Assembly: GCA_963753205.1 (NCBI GenBank)
Contig: CAVWBL010000009.1
Location: 244,594-308,593, forward strand
DNA from: an uncultured Acidobacteriota bacterium
GTDB taxonomy: Bacteria; Acidobacteriota; Terriglobia; Acidiferrales; UBA7541
Direction of reading: 5' to 3'
DNA length: 64,000 nucleotides
Shown here: piece by piece, positions 52,221 through 60,893 of the stretch
How positions within the stretch are numbered: the first letter of the stretch is position 1
How the letters are laid out: every line of letters begins with the position of its first letter
Notes under the pieces: model-generated
Told to the model about the DNA's origin: nothing
Databases searched by the model: none
What the model saw: the letters and a program-made list of their open reading frames with translations, nothing else
Made by a program: the position numbers and the translations under genes

Positions 52221-55200
52221 GGAACTCCCGACGATCAGCGTGAAGTTCTGTGTTGCCGGAGAGCCAATGCCATTGCTGGCGGTGATGGTAATCGGGAAAG
52301 TACCTGCCGCAGATGCCGTGCCACTGAGCGTAGCCGTTCCGTTGCCGTTGTCATGGAACGTGATACCGCTCGGCAGCGCGCCCGTTTCACGCAGCGATGA
52401 AGTGGGCGTTCCCGTCGTCGTCACCGTGAAGCTGCCTGCAGTTCCTGCGGTGAACGCCGTGCTGCTCGCGCTGGTGATCGCTGGGCTGGTTCCAATGACA
52501 CCACCTCCGGCTCCCCGGAAGGCGACCATCTGCATAATCCAAGCGCCGCTGGAAAGCGAGGCTGTGGCGCCGTAACTGCCTGTGACGGTGACGATCGAAT
52601 CTTCCAGAATGTCTGAGTCCGGGATGGTAATTACGCGGCTCGTATATCCGGCACCAGGGCCGGTGGTGCTCTGTTGCACCAGGTTCGCACCGACGAGCAG
52701 GTCGTTGGAGTTTGTGGTCGTTGCCGAACCGCTGTTACATGTTCCCGACGTGCCTTGCGCGGTCGCCACAACATCTACGGCATTCGTCGTCGCGATTCCA
52801 CTGTATTCGGCAATGCGAACATCGGGGGATACGGCGCCCGTGTTGAAGGTGACCGTGACGGTATTGCTGTTGGCGGCAGCCGACGTGATATTTTGAGCGT
52901 AATAGATCGCCTGGGTGGCTGTGCCGCTCTGAACGGTTGGCCCCACGGCCAGGGCATAGCTGTTGCCCGCAGAATCTACGACTGAGCTCACTCGGGCGGT
53001 CGAATCGTTCCAGCCAACCACAACGACGTTGAGGTTGCCGGCGGCTTGTGCTTTGGTATAGGTCGCCTTCACCGTGGTGTTGCTTCCCTGCGGTGTGGCG
53101 TAGTTCACCTGAACGAAGGCAATAGGGGCGGACTGGTTGGCTGGGTTCACGGTCAAGGTGAAGTTCTGGTTTGCAGGAGAGCCGATGCTGTTGCTGGCGG
53201 TAATTGCGATCGGATAAGTGCCTGCGGCGCCCGAGGCAGGTGTGCCGCTTAGCGCTGCCGTCCCGTTTCCGTTGTCTGCGAACGATACACCGCTGGGCAG
53301 TGCCCCGCTTTCGCTTAATGACGGAGTGGGCGTTCCGGTCGCGGTGACCGTGAAGGTTCCCGATGTTCCAGCGATGAAGGTCGTTCCGCTCGCGCTCGTA
53401 ATCGTGGGTGCTTGATTCACGGTCAAGGTGAAGCTTTGCGTGGCTGCTGAGCCAATGCCGTTGCTGGCGGTGATGGTGATCGGGAAAGTACCTGCTGCAG
53501 ATGCCGTGCCACTGAGCGTAGCCGTTCCGTTGCCGTTGTCATGGAACGTGACACCGCTCGGCAGCGTGCCCGTTTCACTCAGCGATGGAGTGGGCGTTCC
53601 CGTCGTCGTCACCGTGAAGCTGCCTGCAGTTCCTGCGGTGAACGCCGTGCTGCTCGCGCTGGTGATCGCTGGGCTGGTTCCAATGACACCACCTCCGGCT
53701 CCCCGGAAGGCGACCATCTGCATAATCCAAGCGCCGCTGGAAAGCGAGGCTGTCGCGCCGTAACTGCCTGTGACGGTGACGATCGAATCTTCCAGAATGT
53801 CTGAGTCCGGAATGGTAATTACGCGGCTCGTATATCCGGCACCAGGGCCGGTGGTGCTCTGTTGCACCAGGTTCGCACCGACGAGCAGGTCGTTGGAGTT
53901 TGTGGTCGTTGCCGAACCGCTGTTACTTGTTCCCGACGTGCCTTGCGCGGTCGCCACAACATCTACGGCATTCGTAGTCGCAATGCCACTGTATTCGGCA
54001 ATGCGAACATCCGGGGATACGGCGCCCGTGTTGAAGGTGACCGTGACGGTGTTGCCGTTGGCGGCGGCCGCGGTGATGTTTTGCGCGTAATAGATCGCTT
54101 GAGTGGCTGTGCTGCTCTGAACGGTTGGCCCCACGGCCAGGGCATAGCTGTTGCCCGCAGAATCTACGACTGAGCTCACTCGGGCGGTCGAATCGTTCCA
54201 GCCAACCACAACGACGTTGAGGTCGCCGGCGGCTTGTGCTTTGGTATAGGTCGCCTTCACCGTGGTGTTGCTTCCCTGCGGTGTGGCGTAGTTCACCTGA
54301 ACGAAGGCAATGGGGGCGGACTGGTTGGCTGGGTTCACGGTCAAGGTGAAGTTCTGGTTTGCAGGAGAGCCGATGCTGTTGCTGGCGGTAATTGCGATCG
54401 GATAAGTGCCTGCGGCGCCCGAGGCAGGTGTGCCGCTTAGCGCTGCCGTCCCGTTTCCGTTGTCTGCGAACGATACACCGCTGGGCAGTGCCCCGCTTTC
54501 GCTTAATGACGGAGTGGGCGTTCCGGTCGCGGTGACCGTGAAGGTTCCCGATGTTCCAGCGATGAAGGTCGTTCCGCTCGCGCTCGTAATCGTGGGTGCT
54601 TGATTCACGGTCAAGGTGAAGCTTTGCGTGGCTGCTGAGCCAATGCCATTGCTGGCGGTGATGGTGATCGGGAAAGTACCTGCCGCAGATGCCGTGCCAC
54701 TGAGCGTAGCCGTTCCGTTGCCGTTGTCATGGAACGTGATACCGCTCGGCAGCGTGCCCGTTTCACTCAGCGATGGAGTGGGCGTTCCCGTCGTCGTCAC
54801 CGTGAAGCTGCCTGCAGTTCCTGCGGTGAACGTTGTGCTGCTCGCGCTGGTGATGGCAGGTGCCACACCTGTGACTCCACTTGAGGTCCGGATTGCGACC
54901 ATCTGCATGATCCACTTGCCGGTCGCGCCTGCTGTCGCACTATAGCTTCCTACGGACGTCACCACTCGGTCTTCCGCGATATCGCCATCGGGCGACGTGA
55001 GAATTCTACTTGTGAATCCGGTTCCAGGGCCGCTCGTCAATCCCGTGACGATGTTCGCGCCGAAGATCAGGTCGTTCGCATTCGTAGTTGTAGCAGCGCC
55101 GCTGCTGCTTGTCCCCCCGCTGCCCGTGGCAGCGGCTATCACATCTACGGGATTTGACACGTCGGCACCTGCGTATTCGAGGACCCGAATGTCAGGTGCG

Positions 55201-55622
55201 AACGCTCCGCTCGAGAAAAGCACGGTAACTGTATTCGTGGCACCGACTATGTTCTTGGCCACATATATGGATTGAGAGAGTGCGCCAGAGACGATTGTGG
55301 GACCAACGACGCGCACGTAAATGTTTCCGTTCACATCCGTTACGGAGTTCACGCTTGCCGTTGTGTTGTTCCAGCCGATGACAACGACATTGAGGTCACC
55401 GGCGCTTTGGGCAGACTTAAACGCGACAGTCACGCTCGTCGGCGACGATTGAGGTACCGCATAGTTGCCTTGAACGTATGTGACGTTGACCGCGGCAAAT
55501 AGAGGACTTGCGGGCGTGCAGCAAAGAAGCACAGCCCCCCAAATGATGAAGCTGTATCGAGAAAGCCTGCGACGGACGACAACACGACTAGGTAGTGTTT
55601 TTCGCTCCAACAACCCCTCCAT
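50478..55622 (-). CDS. giant surface protein B: signal peptide, 3 x [~190-aa module + Ig-like domains], PQQ-like beta-propeller
   Basis: ATG 55622 (MEGLLERKT...RRRLSRYSFIIWGAVLLCCTPASPLFA). Domain order is module-Ig-Ig-module-Ig-Ig-module-Ig-Ig-like-propeller. The C-terminal ~580 aa are almost identical to protein A. Confidence 0.85.
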   Translation of the reverse strand: MEGLLERKTLPSRVVVRRRLSRYSFIIWGAVLLCCTPASPLFAAVNVTYVQGNYAVPQSSPTSVTVAFKSAQSAGDLNVVVIGWNNTTASVNSVTDVNGNIYVRVVGPTIVSGALSQSIYVAKNIVGATNTVTVLFSSGAFAPDIRVLEYAGADVSNPVDVIAAATGSGGTSSSGAATTTNANDLIFGANIVTGLTSGPGTGFTSRILTSPDGDIAEDRVVTSVGSYSATAGATGKWIMQMVAIRTSSGVTGVAPAITSASSTTFTAGTAGSFTVTTTGTPTPSLSETGTLPSGITFHDNGNGTATLSGTASAAGTFPITITASNGIGSAATQSFTLTVNQAPTITSASGTTFIAGTSGTFTVTATGTPTPSLSESGALPSGVSFADNGNGTAALSGTPASGAAGTYPIAITASNSIGSPANQNFTLTVNPANQSAPIAFVQVNYATPQGSNTTVKATYTKAQAAGDLNVVVVGWNDSTARVSSVVDSAGNSYALAVGPTVQSSTATQAIYYAQNITAAAANGNTVTVTFNTGAVSPDVRIAEYSGIATTNAVDVVATAQGTSGTSNSGSATTTNSNDLLVGANLVQQSTTGPGAGYTSRVITIPDSDILEDSIVTVTGSYGATASLSSGAWIMQMVAFRGAGGGVIGTSPAITSASSTAFTAGTAGSFTVTTTGTPTPSLSETGTLPSGVTFHDNGNGTATLSGTASAAGTFPITITASNGIGSAATQSFTLTVNQAPTITSASGTTFIAGTSGTFTVTATGTPTPSLSESGALPSGVSFADNGNGTAALSGTPASGAAGTYPIAITASNSIGSPANQNFTLTVNPANQSAPIAFVQVNYATPQGSNTTVKATYTKAQAAGNLNVVVVGWNDSTARVSSVVDSAGNSYALAVGPTVQSGTATQAIYYAQNITSAAANSNTVTVTFNTGAVSPDVRIAEYSGIATTNAVDVVATAQGTSGTCNSGSATTTNSNDLLVGANLVQQSTTGPGAGYTSRVITIPDSDILEDSIVTVTGSYGATASLSSGAWIMQMVAFRGAGGGVIGTSPAITSASSTAFTAGTAGSFTVTTTGTPTSSLRETGALPSGITFHDNGNGTATLSGTASAAGTFPITITASNGIGSPATQNFTLIVGSSGTGFSVTPQSSVLTFTKTQQFTATSGGVTWSVDGVVGGSSTVGTITAAGLYTPPASVSTHTVTAATSASSASATVYVTNYPGTFTFHNDNSRTGQNSSETVLNLSNINETKFGKLFSYPLDGLAYASPLYVANVNIPGQGFHNVVYIATENDTVYAWDADGLNPNPLWKVSFLGPGVTTVPCGDTGECGDIPNQIGITGTPVIDPSTGTLYVVANTEEGTSYVQRLHALDITTGAEKFGGPVVIQATVSGSGDGSQGGQLTFDPLKENQRAALLLANGVVYIAWASHGDQAPWHGWVMGYNASTLQQTMAYCVSPDGYGGGIWMSNGGLATDSTGNLFFTTGNGDFSASSGGSDYGDSIVKINPSGSVVDYFTPYDQSYMESNDIDLASAGPVLLLDQPGPIPHLLIAAGKSGSIYVVNRDSMGQFNPNNNSQIVQTLQSILPNGSLDEGNFSAPAFFNGSVYFAAVNDNLKAFQLSNGTLSSSPSSQSAETYPNRGGSFAISANGTSYGILWAVQDNSPSNGVLTAYDASNLSNELYNSSQAGSRDTLGVATKFSIPLVANGKVFVVANGQIVAYGLLP
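52221..55480. repeat. in-gene tandem repeat, period 1188 bp (396 codons), about 2.2 near-identical copies plus a diverged third
   Basis: Antisense ORFs recur at 52240/53428/54616, 52582/53770 and 53046/54234, all offset by exactly 1188. Copies differ by only a few substitutions. The 5'-most module (54880-55480) is much more diverged. Confidence 0.85.
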
Positions 55623-55991
55623 GAGCACCTTTCCAGCGAGAGCTACGCGCAAAAGAACCTGCGGGAGGGGAGCAGGCTCCTACGTACAGGAGCGTGATTA
55701 CATCCGCGGTGCGATTATGACAGAAAAGATGCTCAGAAGCCCGGAAAATTCACTTGATCTGACCGTCGCGTTTCGTATCTGGCACCAGTACTCTGGCGCG
55801 AATAGCCGATCAAAGAAATTTCGCGATTTTGAGAAGTTCGAGGCAGCGAGACCCGAAGGGCGCACACTCCCGTTAACACCCATACCAGAACTGTACCTTG
55901 GGACAGGATGTGGAGAGATGGCGACTATGATGGAATATCGCTAGATTGTTCGGATTTTTCAATGTGTCAGTCTGGTTTAAGGCGCACGAAG

Positions 55992-57587
55992 ATGGAGATC
56001 ACGAATAGCAAGAAGGACTTGACTCGTCCGCCGCGGCTTCTTTGCAAATGGCTCTGCGCAGGTTTGTTGTTGACTGCAGCACTGCTTTCCTTGCCTCAGT
56101 GCGCACAGGCTAGCTCTTGGTATGTTGATAATGCCGCGAGTGGGACGTTGCACAATGGGACGTCATGGAGCAGCGCCTGGACGAGTTTCGCGGCAGTCAA
56201 CTGGTCCAGCATCCACCCCGGTGACACGCTTTACATCAGCGGAGGAGCCTCATCGCAGACCTATACAGAGTCGTGGACCGTAGGCGCCAGTGGGACGGCG
56301 AGCGCTCCGATCACGATCGCAATCGATTCATCGAATCCAAGCCACAACGGCACAGTAGTTTTCGATTATAATGCCGATGGAGACACGTCCACACGAGTGG
56401 CCATTACTGTAAATCAAAACTATGTGACGATAACCGGTAATGTGAATGGCGCGAATCGCATTCAGATCGCTAATCTTCGGAACACGTCTGATCGTAGGGC
56501 TACGATCGGGATCAGCGGAAGTTCGAATACCGGCGTCGTAATCGATCACGTGAGCTTTGTGAACGACAATAATCCGATTCGGATGGACTACGCCAACGGA
56601 GTAACCGTCCGGAATTGCAGCATCACGCAGCTTCGCGGCGATGCAGGAATCGCGATGAACGCATCGAGCGGTACGTGGGACAACAACAAGATTTACAACA
56701 ACTATCTTGAGCCGATGGTTCTGCCTGGGACCGGCGGGCCTGATGGTATACAGGGCAGTAGCGGAATCTCGATCTACGGCAACACAATCAAAGAAGTTAC
56801 CGCCAGCGTTTACACCTCAACCCAGCATCCCGATATGATGCAAATGACCGGCGATTACCTGAAAGTCTATGGCAATGACTTCATAAACGTGGGCGACTCA
56901 GTGTTCGATTTCGACGCATATGGGAACAGCACGCCGCACGATATTTGGGTCTACAACAACACATTTCGAATCGTTACCGCCATCGATCCTTATCCTGAGT
57001 ATTTCCGGATGTATTGCAGCAGCGGGAACATCGCCGCGATCACGAATGTCAAGATCATGAACAACACGTTCATCGATAACAACGACGGTGCCTCGAATAT
57101 TCGAATGGATACGTTTCGCGGAAATCCGACGGCGGCTGGGAATGAGATCAAGAACAACATTTGGTACAACGCAGGGCGGGGGACGTCCACTCCAGCATTC
57201 TCCATAGACGACAGCCCTGGCTTCACGTCGAATTCATTTTCGATCGACGGAAATGTGTACTTTCAGACGTCGGGAACAACCAGCATCCGCTTTCGCGGTA
57301 CCGTGTATACCGCAAGTAATTGGACAGCAGCCAATGAACCCCACGGCGCCACCGCCCAACCGCGATTTGTCTTGTACTCCCCCGGAAACCTCAACAATGA
57401 CTTGCATTTACAGGCTGGGGATACCGTAGCCATCGATCACGGGCTCTCGCTGGCAGATTACTTTACAACGGATAAGGACGGCCTAACCCGACCTCAAGGG
57501 AGTGCTTGGGACATCGGCGCCTATGAGTTTCCGGCCACCTCGTCAACTGCTTTGCCTCCAACAAATCTTACGGATGCCATTCGATAA
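55992..57587 (+). CDS. secreted right-handed parallel beta-helix repeat protein (pectate-lyase-like fold)
   Basis: ATG 55992. Signal peptide LLCKWLCAGLLLTAALLSLPQCAQA. WYVDNAASG...GTSWSSAW...IHPGDTLYISGG, followed by many N/G-rich beta-helix turns. Confidence 0.8.
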   Translation: MEITNSKKDLTRPPRLLCKWLCAGLLLTAALLSLPQCAQASSWYVDNAASGTLHNGTSWSSAWTSFAAVNWSSIHPGDTLYISGGASSQTYTESWTVGASGTASAPITIAIDSSNPSHNGTVVFDYNADGDTSTRVAITVNQNYVTITGNVNGANRIQIANLRNTSDRRATIGISGSSNTGVVIDHVSFVNDNNPIRMDYANGVTVRNCSITQLRGDAGIAMNASSGTWDNNKIYNNYLEPMVLPGTGGPDGIQGSSGISIYGNTIKEVTASVYTSTQHPDMMQMTGDYLKVYGNDFINVGDSVFDFDAYGNSTPHDIWVYNNTFRIVTAIDPYPEYFRMYCSSGNIAAITNVKIMNNTFIDNNDGASNIRMDTFRGNPTAAGNEIKNNIWYNAGRGTSTPAFSIDDSPGFTSNSFSIDGNVYFQTSGTTSIRFRGTVYTASNWTAANEPHGATAQPRFVLYSPGNLNNDLHLQAGDTVAIDHGLSLADYFTTDKDGLTRPQGSAWDIGAYEFPATSSTALPPTNLTDAIR

Positions 57588-57786
57588 CCGAGGTTCTTTT
57601 GGGCTTTTGGGAGTGCAGCCGAAGGTTGGGGCCGCAGGCCAAGGGATAGAGAATTTCCACTTTTTGGAACTCCCTTGGGACTTGCAAGGGCATTGCCACT
57701 AGGGGTAAGCACGCTGCATTTTCTCTAAACCACTAGCCTGCATATACTTAACCTCACAACGGGCTCCGTTCGATCCTCTAGAAAGC

Positions 57787-57802
57787 TGGTAGGGTCCTTG
57801 CA
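57787..57802 (+). promoter_or_regulatory. candidate sigma-54 (-24/-12) promoter
   Basis: TGGTAGGGTCCTTGCA against the consensus TGGCACG-N4-TTGCA. GG and GC are separated by exactly 10 nt. It lies 42 nt upstream of ATG 57844. Confidence 0.4.
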
Positions 57803-57843
57803 CAACTGTTTGGCTTCAGGACGGCTGGAATCATGCTTCCTGT

Positions 57844-58803
57844 ATGCTACAAATGTCGGAGTCTATAACACTACGAGTCGGCATAAACAAGGCCCTCTCT
57901 TGCTTCTTGGCCAGTGCATCCCCCGTTATGCGCACGCTGGAGGCAATTGCGCTAGAGATTGCCGCCACTAACATTCCTGTGCTCATTATCGGTGAGAGCG
58001 GAACGGGCAAGCAAGCGCTTGCGCGACATATTCATGAAATGTCGCTGCAACGTGAGAACCCAATCGTGCAGATCTCGTGTGGAAGCCTTCTCCCCGAGAA
58101 AGTTGCGAATGAAATACCGACGGGCCGGAACCACAGTGCTCTCGGTACCATCATTCTTGACGAAATTGGCGATTTAGACCGCGAATCCCAAAGAAAGCTG
58201 CTGCACATTTTGCCCGACGGTCAAGACGCGTCGGAAGAAAGGCTGTCGGCACGGATCATTTCGACCAGTAGCCGGAACGTAGAAAGCGAAGTCCGAGCAG
58301 GTCATTTTAGAAGTGACCTCTATTATCGACTAAATGGCGTTTGCCTAAGGATCCCGCCGCTCAGGGAACGACCCGAGGACATAGGACCTTTGCTCGATTT
58401 CTTCACGGCAAAGCATTCTTGCCGTTTCGGAAAGCAACCTGTCGCTATCAGTTCGACGGCGATGCAGCGACTCATCGACTACACATGGACGGGCAATGTC
58501 CGCGAGCTCGAAAATGTGGCGATGAAGCTGTTGGCTTTGCGAGACGAGGAGATTGCCCTAAGCGACCTCTGCGAGTCATCGCGCACAGAGCCCCAGAATC
58601 AACGATTAGATGGTTATGGCTGTTCTTTGAAGGCTGCTGCGCGAGCCGCATCTAGAGAGGCAGAGCGAGAACTCATCTTAAAGGCGCTCTCTCGAACGCA
58701 ATGGAACCGCAAACGCGCAGCACAGGAACTCCAAATTAGCTACAAGTCCCTGCTCTACAAGCTCAAGCAGATCGGTTTGCCAAGTTCCGGGAGCGAACAG
58801 TGA
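57844..58803 (+). CDS. sigma-54-interaction (AAA+) / Fis-HTH transcriptional regulator without receiver domain and without a recognisable GAFTGA loop
   Basis: Walker A IIGESGTGKQALAR, Walker B ILDEIGDL, RFSDLYYRL-like SDLYYRLNG, PPLRERPEDI, NVRELEN, C-terminal QWNRKRAAQELQISYKSLLYKLKQ. The stretch SCGSLLPEKVANEIPTGRNHSALG replaces the ESELFGHEKGAFTGA region. Confidence 0.8.
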   Translation: MLQMSESITLRVGINKALSCFLASASPVMRTLEAIALEIAATNIPVLIIGESGTGKQALARHIHEMSLQRENPIVQISCGSLLPEKVANEIPTGRNHSALGTIILDEIGDLDRESQRKLLHILPDGQDASEERLSARIISTSSRNVESEVRAGHFRSDLYYRLNGVCLRIPPLRERPEDIGPLLDFFTAKHSCRFGKQPVAISSTAMQRLIDYTWTGNVRELENVAMKLLALRDEEIALSDLCESSRTEPQNQRLDGYGCSLKAAARAASREAERELILKALSRTQWNRKRAAQELQISYKSLLYKLKQIGLPSSGSEQ

Positions 58804-58820
58804 GCAAGGAGAAGGAAGAA

Positions 58821-59423
58821 ATGCGCGTAAGAAATTATGCATTGGCGGCGATATTCCTGCTGGTTTCGATGCCGGCGCTGGCTGGTCAAAACGCCGCCGG
58901 GAATCAAGCGGGAACAAAGGACGCAACAGCACAAACTGACCCAAGCTACAAGATTGGTGCTCAGGATGTGCTCAGCATTAGTGTTTGGAAGGATCCCGAA
59001 TTGACGCAGACCGTTCCTGTCCGGCCGGACGGGAAAATTTCAATGCCCCTGCTGAATGACGTACAGGCTGCGGGGCTGACACCGAACGAACTAAGGGACA
59101 ATATTACCGAAGCGCTTAAGAAATATGTAGCTGATCCGGTAGTAACGGTCATCGTAACGCAGATCAATAGTCAGCGCGTCTACATCACGGGCGAGGTTAC
59201 GCACCCAGGCGCATTCCCGCTTATGCCGGGTACGACCATCCTCCAAGCTCTTTCCAGCGCCGGCGGATTTACGAATTTTGCGAATACGAAGAAGATTTAC
59301 ATGTTTCGGATGGTGAACGGGAAACGAGTGGATTTTCCGTTTAATTACAAGGATGTGATCGACGGTAAGAAATTGGATGAAAACGTGGTGCTTCAGGCCG
59401 GCGATACGATCGTGGTGCCGTAA
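58821..59423 (+). CDS. periplasmic polysaccharide export protein (Wza/EpsE-like, PEP-CTERM-locus type)
   Basis: AAGGAGAAGGAAGAA before ATG 58821. Signal peptide. YKIGAQDVLSISVWKDPELT..VRPDGKISMPLLNDVQAAGLTPNEL...VYITGEV..PG. Confidence 0.85.
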   Translation: MRVRNYALAAIFLLVSMPALAGQNAAGNQAGTKDATAQTDPSYKIGAQDVLSISVWKDPELTQTVPVRPDGKISMPLLNDVQAAGLTPNELRDNITEALKKYVADPVVTVIVTQINSQRVYITGEVTHPGAFPLMPGTTILQALSSAGGFTNFANTKKIYMFRMVNGKRVDFPFNYKDVIDGKKLDENVVLQAGDTIVVP

Positions 59424-59428
59424 GAACA

Positions 59429-60861
59429 ATGAGATCTCACTGTTATGTGTTTGCGTGTTTCGGTTGCCTTGTTTTGCTTGGCGCGAGTGTGGCGCGCGCT
59501 CAGCAGCAGGTGCAGGACCAGTCCTCCGCGCCCATTCCGGCGTATCGACCACCATTATCGGGCCTCGTCGGGGGCGATACGACGACAGACCAAAGTCCGG
59601 ATCAGACGGCTTCTGAATATCAATCACTTTCAGGCGTTCAGAATCTTTCGTTGGGTGTCGAACCCACCCGCAGCTATTGGCAGCCGCACTTTGATGTTTT
59701 CGGGACGGCGGACTCCAACGCACAACAGCAGGGCAGGGACGCAACTGGACAACGTGGATTTCCGGATCCGCGGGAGCCGATATTCACCATGTTTCAGGCG
59801 TTTCCAATATCACGCTGAGTTATGCCGGTGGCGGAATGTATTCCAACGGAAACAACAGCCTCGGGAGCGGGGTCACCCAGCAGTTCAGTTTTGCGGACAA
59901 GTTGACTTACCGTCGATCGATCTTCTCCGTTTTCGACCAGGCGAGCTATTTGCCTCAATCGTCGTTCGGCTTTGGCGGTCTGGGCGTGCAGCTACCGACG
60001 AACGGAGCCACGAGTTTAAACTTTAGTCCGGGACAGAGTGCTTTAACAGGCTGGGGGCAGACCCTCAATAACTCGACGGCGGTCGAACTCGACGAGCTCC
60101 TTACTCCTCGATCTTCACTCACTTTTTCTGGTGGTTATTCGCTACTACACTATTTCGACAGCAACCTATTCAACTACGGAACGGTCAATGCGCGTGCCGG
60201 TTACAACTACCAGTTCAGCCCGCGAAATTCGTTTGCGGTTATCTATAGCTTTTCCGATTTTCGCTACTCGAATCTGAACGAGTCTTTCAATGAGCACACG
60301 TTGCAGGCGTCGTTCGGGCGAGTCGTCAGCGGAAGACTTTCTTTTCAAGTTGCCGGCGGCCCACAGGTCGTCGTTTCGCAGTCCTCCTTGACCGGAGTCG
60401 GGATTCCCGCCGGTTTCGGTCTTCCAACGCAGACCCAGGTACTCTGGTCTTTGGCCACCTCCCTGCAATACCAAGAACGCCGGTACGGCATGAATCTCTC
60501 CTACAATCACGGCGTTGGTGGCGGTTCTGGGGTATTGCTGGGCGGACAAATGGACACGGTGACAGGTTCACTGACCAGACAGATGTCCCGAACCTTTTCA
60601 AGTGGCTTTACGGGAGGGTATTCCAGAACCACGGGGCTTCCGGGTTCAGGGGCTGCATCGAACCAACACTATGATTATTGGTTCGGCGGCATAAATCTCA
60701 CAAAGCCGATTGGACAGATGTTCGGATTGACTCTCGGGTATCAAGCGCAATATCAGACGTCCAATGCGGCGCAGTGCATCGGGCCCACGTGCGGAACAAA
60801 CGTCTTGATTCACATGATTTCTGTAGGTTTGGGTTGGCACCAGAGGCCGCTGCTGTTTTAA
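59429..60861 (+). pseudogene. outer-membrane beta-barrel protein of the EPS locus, interrupted by a frameshift
   Basis: Signal peptide MRSHCYVFACFGCLVLLGASVARA ...SYWQPHFDVFGTADSNAQQ in frame 2. Frame 1, open from about 59700, reads AGQGRNWTTWISGSAGADIHHVSGVSNITLSYAGGGMYSNG... and ends in an aromatic ...GLGWHQRPLLF. The shift is near 59722-59740. Confidence 0.6.
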
Positions 60862-60893
60862 GAGGTTTGTGCAACGGCGCGGCAGGAGATTCG

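Noticed and set aside
52221-55480. Regularly spaced repeats considered as a possible CRISPR-like or satellite array.
   Set aside because: The period is 1188 bp, in frame, and encodes complete protein domains inside one ORF. There are no short repeat-spacer units.
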